DNA of 20,926 nucleotides from Gammaproteobacteria bacterium (GTDB lineage Bacteria; Pseudomonadota; Gammaproteobacteria; GCA-002705445; GCA-002716945): contig JBJKYD010000019.1 in the NCBI GenBank assembly GCA_045561295.1, forward strand, positions 1-20,926. The letters are read 5' to 3'. Position 1 is the first letter of the stretch. Every line of letters starts with the position of its first letter. Made by a program: the position numbers and the translations under genes. This document shows, piece after piece, positions 1-8,660 of the stretch. The notes beneath the pieces are model-generated. The model saw only the letters and a program-made list of their open reading frames with translations. It was not told the DNA's origin and searched no databases.

Positions 1-57
1 CTGCTGGTTTTAGGTACCAGTACCTATGGTGTGAGAGTTCGAGTCTCTCCTCTCGTA
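1..57 (+). tRNA. tRNA-Leu(TAG), 5' part cut off by the window edge
   Basis: Anticodon stem CTGGT(4-8)/ACCAG(16-20) encloses loop TTTAGGT with TAG at 11-13. A long variable arm (21-32) fits a class II tRNA. T-arm is GAGAG-TTCGAGT-CTCTC, 3' acceptor strand CTCTCGT, discriminator A57. No CCA is encoded. A tRNA-Leu upstream of tig is a common proteobacterial arrangement. Confidence 0.9.
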
Positions 58-71
58 AATAAAATAATACT

Positions 72-477
72 ATGGCAAAAATATATCATAAAGAATTTAA
101 AAAAAAATTAGATGAAAAAAATAAGATTATTTGGACTAATGAGCCCAAACATGAAAATAAATTCAAGACAAATTTAAAAGAAAAAAGAGTTTTCTTTAGA
201 GATACTTTAGAAACTAGTCAGTGAAAATCCTGTAATTAAGAAATGCGATAGGTCTTATGATATTTGTGCAATAAAATATGGTCCAAAAAACTCAGAATTT
301 GAAAATACACTTGTACTTCAAGACTTTTCCAAAGATGAGGGAGATATTATAATCACATGGGAATATCTTCTGTACAATAGAATAAATGATGAATATGATG
401 ATTCTAAATTCTTTACAAATTCAGAAAAAGCATTTACGTATTTTATTGATAAAACGTTTGATATGATTAATAATTGA
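72..477 (+). pseudogene. Hypothetical protein gene (~134 aa) split by one frameshift at about 211-221; may be an intact gene with a sequencing error
   Basis: ATG72..TGA224 encodes 50 aa (MAKIYHKEFKKKLDEKNKIIWTNEPKHENKFKTNLKEKRVFFRDTLETSQ). An overlapping +1 frame is open from 211 to TGA477 for 88 codons (KLVSENPVIKKCDRSYDICAIKYGPKNSEFENTLVLQDFSKDEGDIIITWEYLLYNRINDEYDDSKFFTNSEKAFTYFIDKTFDMINN) and has no usable ATG/GTG/TTG start. The two frames together fill the tRNA-tig gap, with 14-nt and 6-nt spacers. I recognise no family. Confidence 0.5.
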
Positions 478-483
478 GCACCA

Positions 484-1788
484 ATGGCTAGTCAGAAGAT
501 AATAAATGATAGTGATACTGAACTTAAAATTTCGGTAGTAATTGCTAACGAAGAATATCAAAAACAATATAATAGTGAATTATCTATTATTGCTAAAACA
601 GCAAAGTTTGACGGTTTTAGACAAGGAAAAGTTCCACCTTCTGTTATTAAAAAAAAGTTTGATGCTCAATGTCATCAAAAAAGCATTAGTAATCTAATAG
701 AGTTCTATACGCAAAAAATTAATTTAGAAAAGAAGCTTGATCTTATTGACTCACCATCTGTTAAACTTATTGATGCACCCACAAGTGATAAAGATTTATC
801 TTTTGAGGTTACGTTTAATAAGATGCCAGAGGTGGAGTTAGGTGATCTCAAAGATATAAAAATTAGCATACCAGATGTTGATATAACAGATAAAGATATT
901 GACGTTGTAATTACAAATATACAAAAGCAAAATACTGTTTGGACAGATTCGCCCGACAAGTCAAAGAGCGGTAATAAGATTGTGGTTGACTATCTAGGTA
1001 GGATTGATGGAAAGGAATTCAAAAATAATAAACAAGAAGATTTTTCATTTATCATAGATGATATTGTAAAAGGAGATCCAGCTACGGTTGCGCTATTTCG
1101 AGAGTTTTCAAAAAAATGTACAGAAAAAAATATCAATGACCAAGTTGTTGTAACAAATAATATGCCTAAAGATTTTCCGGATAAGGAATTGGCAGGCAAA
1201 TCGGTGAAATATGATGTAAAAATTAAAAAAATATCTTCTGGGTCACTTCCTGAACTAAATAAAGACTTCTTTGCGCTTTTAGGTATTGTCACCGATAGTA
1301 TCGATGAATTTAAAAGAAATGTAAAAAATCATATGGAGTTTGAACTTAAAGATAAAATGGTTTCCAAAAAATATGGACTTGTAAACGAGAAACTTGTGGA
1401 GTTCTTTGATTTTGTTCCACCAGAAAGCATGGTCAATAAACATCAGCAAGAGCTTGAGAATCAATATTCGTCATTAAAAAAATCAGACGAAAATATTGAT
1501 GATAAAATTAAAGAGATAGCTATAAAGAGGGTCAAGTTGAATATTATATATATTATGCTAGCTAAAGAAGTTAATACTAATATTTCTGATCAACAGGCTA
1601 TTGATTTTAGTAATGAGCAGTCTCCATCTTTCAGACAGTTTTACAGCGAAAAACTTAAAAAAGATAAGACGTCTGCACTAATGGATATAAAGAATAAAAT
1701 GGTAGAAAATGCTATTGTAGAACATGTGATTAATATTGCAACAGTGACACCTATTAAAAAGACATTTGCAGAGGCTATGGATGAATAA
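484..1788 (+). CDS. tig: Trigger factor (ribosome-associated chaperone)
   Basis: 434 aa. Ribosome-binding signature DGFRQGKVP, central FKBP-like domain ([12 protein letters not shown]...[11 protein letters not shown]), position directly upstream of clpP-clpX. Confidence 0.95.
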   Translation: MASQKIINDSDTELKISVVIANEEYQKQYNSELSIIAKTAKFDGFRQGKVPPSVIKKKFDAQCHQKSISNLIEFYTQKINLEKKLDLIDSPSVKLIDAPTSDKDLSFEVTFNKMPEVELGDLKDIKISIPDVDITDKDIDVVITNIQKQNTVWTDSPDKSKSGNKIVVDYLGRIDGKEFKNNKQEDFSFIIDDIVKGDPATVALFREFSKKCTEKNINDQVVVTNNMPKDFPDKELAGKSVKYDVKIKKISSGSLPELNKDFFALLGIVTDSIDEFKRNVKNHMEFELKDKMVSKKYGLVNEKLVEFFDFVPPESMVNKHQQELENQYSSLKKSDENIDDKIKEIAIKRVKLNIIYIMLAKEVNTNISDQQAIDFSNEQSPSFRQFYSEKLKKDKTSALMDIKNKMVENAIVEHVINIATVTPIKKTFAEAMDE

Positions 1789-2380
1789 TATAACTAATAA
1801 TTTAGTACCAATGGTTGTAGAATCAACTTCTAGAGGCGAGAGAGCATTTGACATATACTCAAGACTTCTTAAGGAAAGAATTATTTTCTTAACTGGACCT
1901 ATCGATGACAACTTATCTAATTTGATAGTCGCTCAGCTCTTATTTTTAGAGTCTGAGGATCCTAAAGCTGATATATCTCTTTATATCAATTCACCAGGAG
2001 GTAGTGTCACAGCTGGTTTATCCATATTAGATACTATGAATTTTATCAAGCCTGCGGTTAGTACACTCTGTATTGGGCAGGCAGCTAGTATGGGCGCAGT
2101 CCTATTATCTGGAGGAGATAAAAGAAAGAGATTTTGTCTATCGAATTCAAGAGTCATGATTCATCAACCTTTAGGTTCATTCCAAGGACAAGCAACAGAC
2201 TTTGATATTCAGGCAAAAGAAATATTAAGTATAAGAAAAAGACTCAATCAAATTTTATCTAATTCAACTGGACAAACTATCAAAAAAATAGAATCTGATA
2301 CAGAAAGAGACAATTTTATGAGTCCAGAAGAAGCTAAGAAATATGGCTTAATTGACGATATTCTTCAAGCAAGAAAATAA
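1781..2380 (+). CDS. clpP: ATP-dependent Clp protease proteolytic subunit
   Basis: Motifs [35 protein letters not shown] (catalytic Ser), RVMIHQP (His) and ERDNFM (Asp). Start moved from the track's TTG1766 to ATG1781, which has GAGG at 1771-1774 and overlaps tig by 8 nt. Confidence 0.97.
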   Translation: MNNITNNLVPMVVESTSRGERAFDIYSRLLKERIIFLTGPIDDNLSNLIVAQLLFLESEDPKADISLYINSPGGSVTAGLSILDTMNFIKPAVSTLCIGQAASMGAVLLSGGDKRKRFCLSNSRVMIHQPLGSFQGQATDFDIQAKEILSIRKRLNQILSNSTGQTIKKIESDTERDNFMSPEEAKKYGLIDDILQARK

Positions 2381-2397
2381 TCACTATTTTCTATAAT

Positions 2398-2425
2398 TTG
2401 ATTTCATCAAGTTTCATTGTATACT
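2398..2425 (+). promoter_or_regulatory. Candidate sigma70 promoter for clpX
   Basis: TTGATT(2398-2403), 16 bp spacer, TATACT(2420-2425). The inverted repeat GTTTCA(2411-2416)/TGAAAC(2425-2430) flanks the -10 element. Motif match only. Confidence 0.4.
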
Positions 2426-2441
2426 GAAACAAGGTATTGAT

Positions 2442-3710
2442 ATGGAAGATAATACAAAAAATTCATCTAAACTTTTACACTGTTCTTTTTGTGGAAAGAA
2501 CCAGAACGAAGTAGCTAAGCTGATTGCCGGACCATCTGTTTTTATTTGTGATGAGTGCGTAGACTTATGTAATGAAATCATTAGTGATGAGCTTGAGGAG
2601 AAATCATCAAAATCAAAGGAAAAACTTCCAAAACCCCACGAAATTAATTCTATACTTGATGATTATGTAATAGGTCAGCCACATGCAAAAAAAGTGTTAT
2701 CTGTTGCTGTTTATAATCATTATAAAAAACTAAATATACCGCCGAAGACGAATGATGTCGAACTTAATAAAAGTAATATTTTACTAATTGGTCCAACTGG
2801 TTCTGGTAAAACGCTTCTTGCAGAGACATTAGCCAAACTACTTAATGTTCCGTTTACTATTGCTGATGCTACTACACTAACTGAAGCAGGATATGTTGGT
2901 GAAGATGTAGAAAATATAATCCAAAAACTTCTTCAAAAATGTGATTATGATGTAGAAAAGGCACAGACCGGAATAGTATACATTGACGAGATTGATAAAA
3001 TTTCAAGAAAATCTGACAACCCTTCTATAACTAGAGATGTATCAGGTGAAGGAGTTCAGCAGGCGTTACTAAAATTGATTGAGGGAACTGTTGCTTCAGT
3101 GCCTCCACAGGGTGGCAGGAAACATCCTCAACAAGAGTTTTTACAAGTTGATACTTCAAATATGTTGTTTATAGTTGGTGGTGCATTTTCAGGTATAGAC
3201 AAGATTATTAATCAAAGAAAGAACAATTCTGGTATTGGATTTTCAGCCAAAGTTAAAGATATTAATATCGAAAAAACATTCGCCGAATCTATTGAAAGCA
3301 TTGGGCCTGAAGATTTAATAAAATTTGGATTAATACCTGAATTTGTTGGCAGACTTCCTGTTATTGCTACCTTAGATGAGCTTGATGAGAACTCTCTAAT
3401 CAGAATATTGACTGAACCAAAAAATGCACTTGTTAATCAATACAGAAAACTTTTTGATATGGAAGGTTGCGATTTAGAGTTTAGAGATGATGCTTTATTA
3501 GCTATTTCTAAAAAAGCTATGAAAAGGAAAACTGGGGCAAGAGGTCTTAGAACTCTTATCGAGAGTATCCTTTTGAATACAATGTATGACCTTCCGTCGC
3601 AAGAAGATGTAAGTAAAGTTGTGATAGACAAGAATGTTGTCGAATGCGACACAGAACCACTTATGATTTACAAATCAAAATCTACTAAAAAGGAAATAAA
3701 TAAATCTTGA
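2442..3710 (+). CDS. clpX: ATP-dependent Clp protease ATP-binding subunit ClpX
   Basis: Zinc-finger CSFCGK...ICDECVDLC, Walker [13 protein letters not shown] pore loop, Walker B YIDEIDK, RKH loop, IGF loop (GIGF), GARGLR sensor II. Confidence 0.98.
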   Translation: MEDNTKNSSKLLHCSFCGKNQNEVAKLIAGPSVFICDECVDLCNEIISDELEEKSSKSKEKLPKPHEINSILDDYVIGQPHAKKVLSVAVYNHYKKLNIPPKTNDVELNKSNILLIGPTGSGKTLLAETLAKLLNVPFTIADATTLTEAGYVGEDVENIIQKLLQKCDYDVEKAQTGIVYIDEIDKISRKSDNPSITRDVSGEGVQQALLKLIEGTVASVPPQGGRKHPQQEFLQVDTSNMLFIVGGAFSGIDKIINQRKNNSGIGFSAKVKDINIEKTFAESIESIGPEDLIKFGLIPEFVGRLPVIATLDELDENSLIRILTEPKNALVNQYRKLFDMEGCDLEFRDDALLAISKKAMKRKTGARGLRTLIESILLNTMYDLPSQEDVSKVVIDKNVVECDTEPLMIYKSKSTKKEINKS

Positions 3711-3731
3711 TTTTTCTTATTTCGCCCATAG
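3706..3731 (+). promoter_or_regulatory. Candidate sigma32 (RpoH) heat-shock promoter for lon
   Basis: CTTGAT(3706-3711), 12-13 bp spacer, (G)CCCATAG(3724-3731). This resembles CTTGAA-N13/15-CCCCATnT, and lon is a classical RpoH target. The spacer is slightly short. Confidence 0.45.
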
Positions 3732-3740
3732 ATTAGCATT

Positions 3741-6137
3741 ATGAAAAAAGATTATTCAAATCTTCCATTATTGCCATTAAGAGATGTGGTTATTTATCCA
3801 AATATGGTTGTACCTTTATTTGTGGGGAGGGATCTTTCTATTAAATCACTTGATGATTCCATGAACAACCATGACAAAAGTATTGTCTTAGTAACACAAA
3901 AAAGTGCTGAAATAGATGACCCAAGCATAAAAGATTTATACTCAATAGGGACTGTTGCTAATATACTGCAATTGCTAAAACTGCCTGATGGAACAATGAA
4001 GGTCCTTGTAGAAGGAGTATCCAGAGTTAAAATCAGCAAAGTAGAGACTGACAGTAGTCTTTCCAGTACTTATTCTTATGTTGATAGTGAAGAATCAATT
4101 AATGATAATCAGTATGATGCGTTATTTAGAACTTTAGAGGATACTTTCTCTAATTATGTCAAATTGAATAAAAAAGTACCACCAGAAGTTATATCGTCCA
4201 TAACTGGTATCGACGATTTATCAAAGCTTGCTGATAGCATTGCCGCACATATGACACTAAAACTAGATGAAAAACAAAAAGTCCTTGAGTTATTGGATGT
4301 CAAAAAACGTTGTGAATATCTAATTAAAGCAATGGAGGGTGAACTTGACATATTGCATGTAGAAAAGAAAATTAGAAGCCGTGTAAAACAACAAATGGAA
4401 AAAAGCCAGAGAGAGTACTATCTTAATGAGCAAATGAAAGCGATTCAAAAAGAACTTGGTGAAATTGGTGATGAGAGCAATGACCTAGATCAACTACTTA
4501 AAAAAATTAATAAATTGAATCTTCCAAACGAAGCAAAAGATAAAGCTATGTCTGAATTTAATAAACTAAAAATGATGTCACCGATGTCTGCTGAAGCAAC
4601 AGTGGTTAGAAATTATTTAGACATCATAGTTAGTCTACCATGGACACAGTCAACAGAAATATCTACAGACCTGACTAAAGCAAATGATATCTTAGAGGAT
4701 GATCATCATGGTTTAGACAAAGTTAAAGAAAGAATCTTAGAGTATTTGGCGGTAACTAAAAGAGTAAACAAAATTAGAGGCCCCATATTATGTCTTGTAG
4801 GACCACCTGGCGTTGGTAAGACATCACTTGCTAAGTCAATTTCAAGAGCTACAACTAGAAAATTTATAAAGATGTCACTTGGCGGAGTTAGAGATGAGGC
4901 TGAAATCAGAGGCCACAGAAAAACCTATATCGGGTCAATGCCAGGAAAAATAATGCAGAATCTAGCTAAAGTTAAAACAAATAACCCGCTCTTTTTACTT
5001 GATGAAATAGACAAAATGGCAATGGATTTCAGAGGAGACCCATCATCAGCTCTCTTAGAGGTTCTTGATCCAGAACAAAATAATGTTTTCAACGATCATT
5101 ATTTAGAAGTTGATTTTGATTTATCTAACATTATGTTCATAGCAACAGCTAACACCACAGATACCATACCTGCACCATTGTTAGATAGAATGGAAGTAAT
5201 TAGACTTCCAGGTTATACAGAAAATGAAAAACTAGAAATAGCTAAAAAATACCTCATACCAAAACAGTACAACTTAAATGGCTTGAAACAAAAAGAATTA
5301 TCTATTCCAGTTCAAACACTTAGAGATATAATCTCGTTCTATACAAGAGAAGCTGGTGTAAGAAATCTTGACCGTGAAATTAACAAAATTTGTAGAAAAT
5401 CTGTTAAAAGCATTCTACTTAATAAAACAAAGAATCTAAAGATCCTACCTACACAAATTGAGGATTATCTCGGAGTCAAAAGACATACGTCCATGATTTG
5501 TGATAAGAAGGATATGATAGGCCAAGCTAATGGCTTAGCATGGACATCTGTCGGAGGTGAAATGTTAAGGATTGAATGTGTTGCCATGTCCGGTAAAGGA
5601 AAAGTGACTCAGACAGGTCAGCTTGGAGATGTTATGCAAGAGTCAATTAAAGCCGCAATTACTGTTGTTAAGACACGCTCAAGCACACTTGGGGTAGATA
5701 TGGAAGATTTTGATAAAAATGATATACATATTCATGTACCAGAGGGCGCAACACCCAAAGATGGTCCAAGTGCTGGCATAACCATGGCCTTAGCAGTTGC
5801 ATCCACATTATCATCTGTGCCAATTCGTTCAGATTTTGCAATGACTGGTGAAATCACTCTTCGTGGAGAGGTTCTTGAAATTGGAGGACTGAAAGAAAAG
5901 TTACTAGCTGCACTGAGAGCCGGCATAAAAGAAGTGATAATACCTAAAGATAATGAAAAGGATCTCAGAGACATGCCAAAAGTGATAATTGATAAGATTA
6001 AAATACATCCTGTTAAATTTGTTGATGAAGTTTTTACCTTGGCTTTGAAAGGTAAGTCTCTGAAATCTAAAAGCAAAAGAAAAAAAGCTCTTACCACAAA
6101 AAACTTAAAAGAAATTACTCCAAAAAATCTACAATAA
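3741..6137 (+). CDS. lon: ATP-dependent Lon protease (endopeptidase La)
   Basis: 798 aa. N-terminal LPLLPLRDVV, QREYYLNEQMKAIQKELG, Walker A GPPGVGKT, Walker B LLDEIDK, catalytic PKDGPSAG (Ser) and IGGLKEK (Lys). Confidence 0.98.
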   Translation: MKKDYSNLPLLPLRDVVIYPNMVVPLFVGRDLSIKSLDDSMNNHDKSIVLVTQKSAEIDDPSIKDLYSIGTVANILQLLKLPDGTMKVLVEGVSRVKISKVETDSSLSSTYSYVDSEESINDNQYDALFRTLEDTFSNYVKLNKKVPPEVISSITGIDDLSKLADSIAAHMTLKLDEKQKVLELLDVKKRCEYLIKAMEGELDILHVEKKIRSRVKQQMEKSQREYYLNEQMKAIQKELGEIGDESNDLDQLLKKINKLNLPNEAKDKAMSEFNKLKMMSPMSAEATVVRNYLDIIVSLPWTQSTEISTDLTKANDILEDDHHGLDKVKERILEYLAVTKRVNKIRGPILCLVGPPGVGKTSLAKSISRATTRKFIKMSLGGVRDEAEIRGHRKTYIGSMPGKIMQNLAKVKTNNPLFLLDEIDKMAMDFRGDPSSALLEVLDPEQNNVFNDHYLEVDFDLSNIMFIATANTTDTIPAPLLDRMEVIRLPGYTENEKLEIAKKYLIPKQYNLNGLKQKELSIPVQTLRDIISFYTREAGVRNLDREINKICRKSVKSILLNKTKNLKILPTQIEDYLGVKRHTSMICDKKDMIGQANGLAWTSVGGEMLRIECVAMSGKGKVTQTGQLGDVMQESIKAAITVVKTRSSTLGVDMEDFDKNDIHIHVPEGATPKDGPSAGITMALAVASTLSSVPIRSDFAMTGEITLRGEVLEIGGLKEKLLAALRAGIKEVIIPKDNEKDLRDMPKVIIDKIKIHPVKFVDEVFTLALKGKSLKSKSKRKKALTTKNLKEITPKNLQ

Positions 6138-6291
6138 AATCATAAATTCTTTTATTCGTAAACTAAATATTCTAGTTTTTATATACATATTTTCATTAAA
6201 TTATCACCTTTTTAGTTGATATTGTTGTAGAATTATCTAATGTTGATTAATAAATCAACTATCTATAACTGTGATATTAAAGAGGTGTTAA

Positions 6292-6564
6292 ATGAATAAA
6301 GCAGAATTTATTAGTGCTGTGTCTGAAGCGGCCGGAAGTAGTAAGTCAGAAGCTACTGCACATGTAGAAGCGATAATTAATGTAGTAACAAACACACTTA
6401 AAGGTGACAATGAAGTTACACTAGTCGGTTTTGGAACATTCAAAGCAAAAAAACGTGAAGCAAGAACAGGTAGGAATCCTAGAACGGGTGAATCTATTCA
6501 AATTGCTGCATCAACAGTACCTTCTTTCAAGGCTGGTAAAGCTTTCAAAGATGCTCTTAATTAG
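6292..6564 (+). CDS. hupB: DNA-binding protein HU (beta-type by position)
   Basis: 90 aa. MNKAEFI start, VTLVGFGTF, ARTGRNPRTGE arm, PSFKAGK. SD-like GAGGT upstream. Fits lon-hupB-ppiD synteny. Confidence 0.95.
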   Translation: MNKAEFISAVSEAAGSSKSEATAHVEAIINVVTNTLKGDNEVTLVGFGTFKAKKREARTGRNPRTGESIQIAASTVPSFKAGKAFKDALN

Positions 6565-6577
6565 TATACCTAATTAA

Positions 6578-6654
6578 GGGTGATTAGCTCAGCTGGTTAG
6601 AGCACCGCCCTTACAAGGCGGGGGTCGTAAGTTCGAATCTTACATCACCCACCA
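6578..6654 (+). tRNA. tRNA-Val(TAC)
   Basis: Acceptor stem GGGTGAT/ATCACCC, D-arm GCTCAGCTGGTTAGAGC, anticodon stem CCGCC/GGCGG with TAC at 6612-6614, T-loop GTTCGAATC, encoded ACCA end. Confidence 0.97.
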
Positions 6655-6666
6655 TTACATTTTTCT

Positions 6667-6693
6667 AAGAAGCAGCATATGCTGCTTCTTTAG
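6667..6693 (+). terminator. Perfect 24-bp palindrome; possible intrinsic terminator or processing stem between the two tRNAs
   Basis: AAGAAGCAGCAT|ATGCTGCTTCTT (6667-6690) is its own reverse complement. As RNA it forms stem GAAGCAGC/GCTGCTTC with loop ATAT, followed by only a short T run. Confidence 0.45.
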
Positions 6694-6723
6694 TATGCAG
6701 TTTATGTGTTAACATACTTTCAC

Positions 6724-6797
6724 GGAGGCGTAGTTCAGTTGGTTAGAATGCCTGCCTGTCACGCAGGAGGTCGAGGGTTCGAGTCCCTTCGTCTCCG
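6724..6797 (+). tRNA. tRNA-Asp(GTC)
   Basis: Acceptor stem GGAGGCG/CGTCTCC, D-arm GTTCAGTTGGTTAGAAT, anticodon stem CCTGC/GCAGG with GTC at 6758-6760, T-arm GAGGG-TTCGAGT-CCCTT, discriminator G6797. No CCA is encoded. Confidence 0.97.
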
Positions 6798-6815
6798 TAA
6801 ATAAATATTAGTAAT

Positions 6816-8660
6816 ATGTTAACAGTCATTAGAGATAAATTAAAAACCTGGGTAGTTATACTTTTAGTCGTATTAGTTGCTATTCCATTAGTATTTCTTG
6901 GTGTCGGAGATTATGGAACTAATAATGAACAGTATGCATTTAAGGTCGATGATCAAGAAATCAGCAAGTCGGTCGTTCTTCAAGAAATGGGTCAATTTAA
7001 AGATGTATTGAGGAAAAATTATGAAGGCTCTATTCCTCCAATATACACAAATGAATTTATTAAAAATATTACTATTGATAATCTAATTAGGCGAACTATT
7101 GAAAATAATATTTCTACGAACATCGGTCTAGCTCTAAGCGATGAATCAATTATTGATGATATACAAAATACGTCATCATTCAGAGATGAAGATGGTTTTG
7201 ATTCAAAGATTTATAAAAGACGTTTATTTATGATTAACATGTCTCCAGATACTTACGAGCAATATGTTTATCAAAAAGGTACACGTGATCAATTACGAAA
7301 AGCCATCACAGGCTCCTCTATAGTTAGTATCTATGATAAAAAAATAAACGTTAATGCGAATTATCACATTAAAAAAGGAAAACTTCTTCTTCTAAAAAAA
7401 GATGAATTTCAAGGTGATGTTAATATAAGTCTTGATGATATTAATGCTTACTATGAGAATAACAAAGAATCTTTCTATTCTAACGAAGAAGCTGAATTTG
7501 AGTATATTAGGTTAAATAAAACAAATTTTATTAAGTCTATGAGAATAACAGAAGAAGAGCTTACTCAAGAATATAATATAAAAGCAAAATCTGGAACATA
7601 TAAACAAGATGATCTCTATGAAATCAATCATCTTGTGTTTCCAGTAAAAGATGATAAATCCACAGTAATTTCTGAAGCTGAAAAAGCCTTTTCAGAACTT
7701 AAAAATAATGTATCTTTCTCAAAAATATCAGTCACATATAATGTCGATGATGACTCAAAGTCTAACAATGGATATTTGGGTAAAGTTACACTAGGAGATA
7801 TGCCAGATATTATAAAATCAAATATTTTAGATATGGAGTCGTCAGATATTAAACTGATCACTAATGAGTCTAATGCTATTCATATACTACAACTTATACA
7901 AAAAGAAAAACAAGGTGATAAAGAATTTTCAGAAGTTCGAGAAGAAATATATAGGAAACTTTCTAATGAAAAAGGGTCTAATGAATATTATCTAACATTA
8001 GATAACATAAAGAATAAGATTTATTCAGATAAAATTTCATTAGCTGATATTTCTAAAAAATTTAATCTTTCAATTTCACAGACTCCTAAAATAAATATTT
8101 CATATAAAAATAAAATATTATCCTCAGAGGTTTTGCAGCAGCTTTTTTCAAATATAAATGTTACTGATTTATATTCACCTATATACATATCAAATGACGA
8201 TATACTTTTTGTACGTAAAGTGAAATATTATCCACCTGTACAGCTTAGCTTAAAAGATGCTGAGACAGCAATAAGAGCATTACTTTTGACTCAGTCTATT
8301 AATGATTTAATGAGTTCAAAAGCTAATTTAGCAATAAAAAATCTGAACAATGGCTCGCTCCAATCTTACGAAAAATTTAAAATGTATAAATATGATAATA
8401 AGTTTGATGATGAGATTATGAAAATAATCAATAATCAATCAGTTACGGAAAAATTTGTATCTTATAAATTGAGTTCCGGCAATTATTTACTATTAAAATT
8501 AGATTCATTCGAAGAGATTATTGATAGGGAAAAAGTTGAAAATGATAACTATTTTGATTATCTAGATAACACCCAATCCGAAGGTGATTATAATAGTTTT
8601 TACATATCAAAATACGAAGGTTTTGTTATCGATATCAATGATGACTATTTGAATCAGTAA
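6816..8660 (+). CDS. ppiD: Periplasmic chaperone PpiD (SurA N-terminal domain plus degenerate parvulin domain)
   Basis: 614 aa. N-terminal MLTVIRDK plus TM anchor (WVVILLVVLVAIPLVFLGV), KVDDQEIS, F..DGFD..Y segment, parvulin remnant (INHLVF...FSKISVTYNVDDDSKSNNGYLG). Follows hupB as expected. Confidence 0.88.
   Translation: MLTVIRDKLKTWVVILLVVLVAIPLVFLGVGDYGTNNEQYAFKVDDQEISKSVVLQEMGQFKDVLRKNYEGSIPPIYTNEFIKNITIDNLIRRTIENNISTNIGLALSDESIIDDIQNTSSFRDEDGFDSKIYKRRLFMINMSPDTYEQYVYQKGTRDQLRKAITGSSIVSIYDKKINVNANYHIKKGKLLLLKKDEFQGDVNISLDDINAYYENNKESFYSNEEAEFEYIRLNKTNFIKSMRITEEELTQEYNIKAKSGTYKQDDLYEINHLVFPVKDDKSTVISEAEKAFSELKNNVSFSKISVTYNVDDDSKSNNGYLGKVTLGDMPDIIKSNILDMESSDIKLITNESNAIHILQLIQKEKQGDKEFSEVREEIYRKLSNEKGSNEYYLTLDNIKNKIYSDKISLADISKKFNLSISQTPKINISYKNKILSSEVLQQLFSNINVTDLYSPIYISNDDILFVRKVKYYPPVQLSLKDAETAIRALLLTQSINDLMSSKANLAIKNLNNGSLQSYEKFKMYKYDNKFDDEIMKIINNQSVTEKFVSYKLSSGNYLLLKLDSFEEIIDREKVENDNYFDYLDNTQSEGDYNSFYISKYEGFVIDINDDYLNQ

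Noticed and set aside
99-186. Poly-A tracts (A9 at 99-107, A7 at 115-121, A6 at 181-186) as phase-variable slippage sites joining the two orphan frames
   Set aside because: The downstream frame has a TAG at 208-210, so a single slip at these upstream tracts cannot join the frames. The shift must be at 211-221.
1-483. tRNA-Leu as an integration site with an inserted mobile element
   Set aside because: There is no integrase or transposase, and I could not see a downstream direct repeat of the tRNA 3' end. Only the orphan ORF is present.
1766-1780. Longer N-termini given by the ORF track for clpP (TTG1766), and likewise fabI (9487), yejB (11217) and tsf (17706)
   Set aside because: The downstream ATGs match family N-termini, SD positions or translational-coupling overlaps. 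The extensions are longest-ORF artefacts.
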